Source: Oligoflexus sp. (GTDB lineage: Bacteria; Bdellovibrionota_B; Oligoflexia; Oligoflexales; Oligoflexaceae). From it: a stretch of DNA of 10,490 bases. Shown here in pieces: positions 7,293-10,490 of this stretch. How positions within the stretch are numbered: the stretch's first letter is position 1; each line of letters begins with the position of its first letter. Below the pieces are notes generated by a model. That model saw only the letters and a program-made list of their open reading frames with translations, did no database searches and had not been told where the DNA came from. Both the position numbers and the translations under genes were made by a program. The stretch spans positions 1-10,490 of the forward strand of contig JBGSTX010000251.1 of the NCBI GenBank assembly GCA_041736305.1. The letters are read 5' to 3'.

Positions 7293-9323
7293 ATGAAGAT
7301 TGAGTTAAGATTTCAGAGCCTTGCTCTGACAGTGATTGTCGTTTCTGCCGTGTGTCTGAGTTCTTGCCGTGGCACTCAAGGAGGAAAGAATTCGCCGAGC
7401 GAAGTTTCGAGCAACAACGATACCCAAGGCCATGGACTGAATGTCAACGATGTGTCTCTGCTATTTCCTCTACCTTCGGACAAGAATGAGCTGGATAAAA
7501 TGCTGCCCATGACCTTTGCCAACAATGAAGGCAAGCAGCCGATGAGTGCCAAACTCTTTGCAGAGATGCTAAAAAGCAATAATTACAACCGTGATATTCC
7601 TGAAATTGGCCCCAACTTCCCCCTGAATAGTGGTGCAAGTTTTGAAGGAAAAACACGGATCGAAAGCCTCTTATCCATGCGGGCCGATGACCAGGCTAAG
7701 TGGCGCATAGTAGCTATGCGCTATGACCTCTGCGCTCCGAGTCCGGAACATAACCGCCTCCAGAATTTCAAGATGGGCAGTGGGGCCCTGCCGATGCCCA
7801 TGCCTGAACAGTGGAAGCCCGAGGAATGTTTGCCCCAGCTGCGCTTGACCGCTCAGCCCCTGGAGATGGACGAGAAAATCAAGGTCGGTGACTTTGCGAT
7901 CCATATGCTGTTTAGGCTGACGGAGGAAGAGACAAGAAATCTCTACCAGGAGCTGAAGGGATTTCGCGATCTTTGTCGGGATATCGGCAGTGGTTTGCCT
8001 CTAGGAGTCCAGCCTTGCTTGGCTTTTGCACAAAAGTCGGGTCGCTACGGCAGCGAAGAGTTCAATTTTGTTTATACGATGATCAAAAAATACGCCAAGA
8101 ATCTGGAAGGCCTTGCCATGATGGCCACAGCGGGGGGCGATGATCCTTGGCTGTTTATGAACGGGACTGTCAAGGACGGAAACTTCGTGCATCAGAAGAT
8201 CGATGCTGTCACGCAGAAGGATCCTGCGAAGCTCAAGCGCAATGCCCAGGGACGGGTGGTGGAGCCCTTTGGCAATGGCTTCTTCCAGATGATCTCCTTT
8301 CTCGATACCCAAGGTCGGCTTGATAACTTGATCGATATCAAGAGGACCTCACCCCTGCCCATTCTCGAGAATGTAAGCTTTGCCCTCGAGTCTAAACATT
8401 TCAATATGACCACTCGTGTGGTCGAGCCTGCTGATCCTAAGCTGTTCAATCTCATCGAAAATCCCCTGGCCAGCGACTTCTTCTCGACGGACTGTGCCTC
8501 CTGTCACGCGGTGTCAGGTTCATCGCGCTTTAAAACCAATAAGGTCATTGCAAAAGTGAGCCCCGATCAGGAGGCAGCAGGTTTTCCTGCAGGATTCTAT
8601 ACCTCGGGGAATCCACGGGATCCGACGAGCAGTTTTGAGTGGCAGCGGGCACAGCTCGACTCAGCCTTCCGAATTGAAGCGGCCTATGCGGCCTTTGTTG
8701 ACCCCGCTGTCCAGACTCAATCCGATACCTTTGTCCTCAATGCCTTTATTCATTTTGGCTATTTCCATGGACGACCTGCCGTCAGCCCTCGGACGGCCCA
8801 GGAATCAGGGCTGGTAGCACGCATGGCAAATAAAGCATTTGCGCGCGGTGCGCTGCCTAGTGCCAAGTGCTCCTCCCAGGAGATCAAGCAGTGCTTCATG
8901 AGCCAGCGCTTTGCTGATAGGGGGGGCAAGCTCAACAATATTGATTGGATCATTGATGCGCAGAACGAAGCGGGTCTCTGCTATATCGAAGTTTGCAAGG
9001 ATTCTGCAGAACTGGTGAAAGCACTCTATGGCGAGCAGGTTAAAACCTGGTATCTAGCGACCGAAGATGTCAAGGTTTTACCCCTTAAGGGCAAGTTTAG
9101 CCAGCCCATGTTTATCCGGAAGGGCAGCTCCTTTGTTTCACGCGACTACGTTTACTCGGGATATCCTTGGGAAAGTCAGAACCTGGTTCCCCTGGAGGAT
9201 GCTCAAGGCAATCGAGTCTATACGAAAACGCAGAATCTCAATTTCAATGCCAAAGATCTTGAGTTTCCTGAGTATCGGATTGAGCTGGAACGACAGTTCG
9301 TTAAAGTACCGACAGCGCCCTAA
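7293..9323 (+). CDS. Hypothetical lipoprotein (676 aa) with one CXXCH motif; possible monoheme c-type cytochrome domain
   Basis: Long ORF. Signal peptide II ending LSS-C. CASCH at aa 401-405 (nt 8493-8507). Several additional Cys. Confidence 0.85.
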   Translation: MKIELRFQSLALTVIVVSAVCLSSCRGTQGGKNSPSEVSSNNDTQGHGLNVNDVSLLFPLPSDKNELDKMLPMTFANNEGKQPMSAKLFAEMLKSNNYNRDIPEIGPNFPLNSGASFEGKTRIESLLSMRADDQAKWRIVAMRYDLCAPSPEHNRLQNFKMGSGALPMPMPEQWKPEECLPQLRLTAQPLEMDEKIKVGDFAIHMLFRLTEEETRNLYQELKGFRDLCRDIGSGLPLGVQPCLAFAQKSGRYGSEEFNFVYTMIKKYAKNLEGLAMMATAGGDDPWLFMNGTVKDGNFVHQKIDAVTQKDPAKLKRNAQGRVVEPFGNGFFQMISFLDTQGRLDNLIDIKRTSPLPILENVSFALESKHFNMTTRVVEPADPKLFNLIENPLASDFFSTDCASCHAVSGSSRFKTNKVIAKVSPDQEAAGFPAGFYTSGNPRDPTSSFEWQRAQLDSAFRIEAAYAAFVDPAVQTQSDTFVLNAFIHFGYFHGRPAVSPRTAQESGLVARMANKAFARGALPSAKCSSQEIKQCFMSQRFADRGGKLNNIDWIIDAQNEAGLCYIEVCKDSAELVKALYGEQVKTWYLATEDVKVLPLKGKFSQPMFIRKGSSFVSRDYVYSGYPWESQNLVPLEDAQGNRVYTKTQNLNFNAKDLEFPEYRIELERQFVKVPTAP

Positions 9324-9339
9324 TCGATCTTAGCAGCCA

Positions 9340-9362
9340 GCCTCCCTTCAATTGAAGGAGGC
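9340..9362. terminator. Hairpin just after the 9323 stop
   Basis: GCCTCC-C-TTCAATTGAA-GGAGGC; no U-tract. Confidence 0.4.
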
Positions 9363-9411
9363 ATCCAAGCGCTTGATGATTAGAGATGTCGAAGACCAAG
9401 GGCTGACGGTC

Positions 9412-9445
9412 AAGCCCGAATCCGATCGCCTTCGGGCTTTTCTCT
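9412..9445 (+). terminator. Intrinsic terminator candidate
   Basis: AAGCCCGAA-10 nt-TTCGGGCTT followed by TTCTCT. Confidence 0.6.
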
Positions 9446-9691
9446 GTACCCAATTTCCAAACGTGCCGATCTGCAAGTAGCTGCTTGACGCCTGCATCTA
9501 AAAAGACCTTCGAATCCCCTCACTCCCGGTCGGCAAAGGGACATGGGGTCGGCTTACGAATTGTTGAATGGAACTTCCCAATTGCGTACCAATGCTTCTG
9601 CAAATAGAGGCAAATATGAGCTACGAGGTGTGAGTGAACCAGGTCAAACTTATGCTGTTTTTTTTTGATCCCTTTGGCATCACGCTGGCCC

Positions 9692-9767
9692 GCTTATTTT
9701 CCCGACAGATATAGGCACCATCCAGGACTAAAAGATGAAAGTGCAAATTGAGATTGATGAGCGAGCC
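9692..9767 (-). pseudogene. IS91/ISCR-family transposase fragment carrying the HUH motif
   Basis: The minus strand translates to GSLINLNLHFHLLVLDGAYICRENK, matching the GS.LNLN.HFH.L.LDG.Y HUH signature. Its last 27 nt match 6880-6906 in inverted orientation (26/27). Confidence 0.88.
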
Positions 9768-9837
9768 GGGGCGTAAGTGCTGGGGTGCTTTTAAGCGTCT
9801 TCGGGACGGATTTCTTTCTCTGTGCTGCCAGGGAAAA

Positions 9838-10490
9838 TCAAGGGCTCGGGCTGGTCAGAGCACATCGGAGGCCATATGTCGGGTCCGAAGCCGACGGGGC
9901 ATAGCTCAGAGCAGTCATGAACACTCCGGTATATGAGCCATGGTTCCAGTAACCCCCACGTAGGAAGGCGCCCCCGGAACCGTTGGTTCCGGGGTAATAC
10001 TGTCCGATCCATCTTGTAGAGTTCCACGCGTCAGACCAAAACCCTTTGACAGCGTTTGTGGGGACCAAATCTTTGAGTGCAGTGGTAGTGGTCCCAGTCA
10101 CGGCTGTGTATTCATACCAGGCAGCTGTCGCACCCGGCTTATCCCCACGGTTGATGTAGTTGACCCATTCCGAAACATTGCCGGAGAGGTCCCAGATCAC
10201 GTTGCTATTGGAGAGCGTGAGGGTTCGCCTTTGCTCAGCCGTATCTCCGGAGCTGACCGCCGTGCAGGTGCCCTCGACATAAAAGTCTGTGTCATTGCTG
10301 GGAGCAGCACAAGCTGAAGCAGGGCTATTGTCATTATGCCCAGCGAAGAGCGAACCGCTGCCGACCGTCCCGCCTGACCAGTTGCCGTTGGTCCCAGCTA
10401 CGTTGGTGCCGATGGTCATCCACTGGGGATTGGAGATGAGATCGTAGCCTGTGCCAAGGGCGCGGCAGGCTGTTATCGAAGCGGTCTGCG
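9838..10490 (-). CDS. FGE/SUMF1 (formylglycine-generating-enzyme-like, C-type lectin fold) domain protein, 5'-partial
   Basis: The frame is open to the window edge (QTASITACRALGTGYDLISNPQWMTI...). Motifs IWDLSGNVSEW, LRGGYW and YGLRC. Confidence 0.88.
   Translation of the reverse strand, partial: QTASITACRALGTGYDLISNPQWMTIGTNVAGTNGNWSGGTVGSGSLFAGHNDNSPASACAAPSNDTDFYVEGTCTAVSSGDTAEQRRTLTLSNSNVIWDLSGNVSEWVNYINRGDKPGATAAWYEYTAVTGTTTTALKDLVPTNAVKGFWSDAWNSTRWIGQYYPGTNGSGGAFLRGGYWNHGSYTGVFMTALSYAPSASDPTYGLRCALTSPSP

Noticed and set aside
6726..7303. ORFs 6726..7124, 6852..7274 and 7121..7303 as real genes
   Set aside because: The first is a chimera of intron antisense sequence and an IS91 fragment. 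The second is largely its antisense shadow. The third is a short ORF with no recognisable features.
4499..9333. Numerous short ORFs nested in or antisense to the 638-aa and 676-aa genes
   Set aside because: Shadow ORFs without independent motifs or clear RBSs.
9543..9668. Short + strand ORF MGSAYELLNG...QTYAVFF
   Set aside because: About 41 codons with no recognisable motif; cannot be supported as a gene.
1284..10490. Integron cassette array explaining the stand-alone genes
   Set aside because: Genes are in mixed orientations, no repeated RYYYAAC...GTTRRRY attC structures were found, and there is no integrase.

Overview
Accessory, heavily rearranged bacterial region. The lipoprotein and FGE-domain style suggests Oligoflexia/Bdellovibrionota, which is an inference. 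Four intact genes lie here: a 221-aa lipoprotein, a VOC/glyoxalase protein, a 638-aa lipoprotein and a 676-aa lipoprotein with one CXXCH. The 3' part of an FGE/SUMF1-domain gene runs off the right edge. Between them are remnants that the ORF track mostly misses. These are an ISL3 element (left end intact, in-frame TAG, C-terminus cut off), four pieces of IS91/ISCR-type rolling-circle elements (two oriIS-like ends 44/48 identical and facing each other, one with the transposase C-terminus attached, plus a middle segment and the HUH motif), a group II intron 5' end, a class C-like group II intron 3' end, and a frameshifted YbaN fragment. The HUH and middle transposase pieces overlap by a 27-bp inverted repeat that brackets the CXXCH lipoprotein gene. 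Flipping that segment would rebuild one continuous transposase frame. No complete, functional mobile element or clearly new multi-gene system can be shown from the sequence alone.
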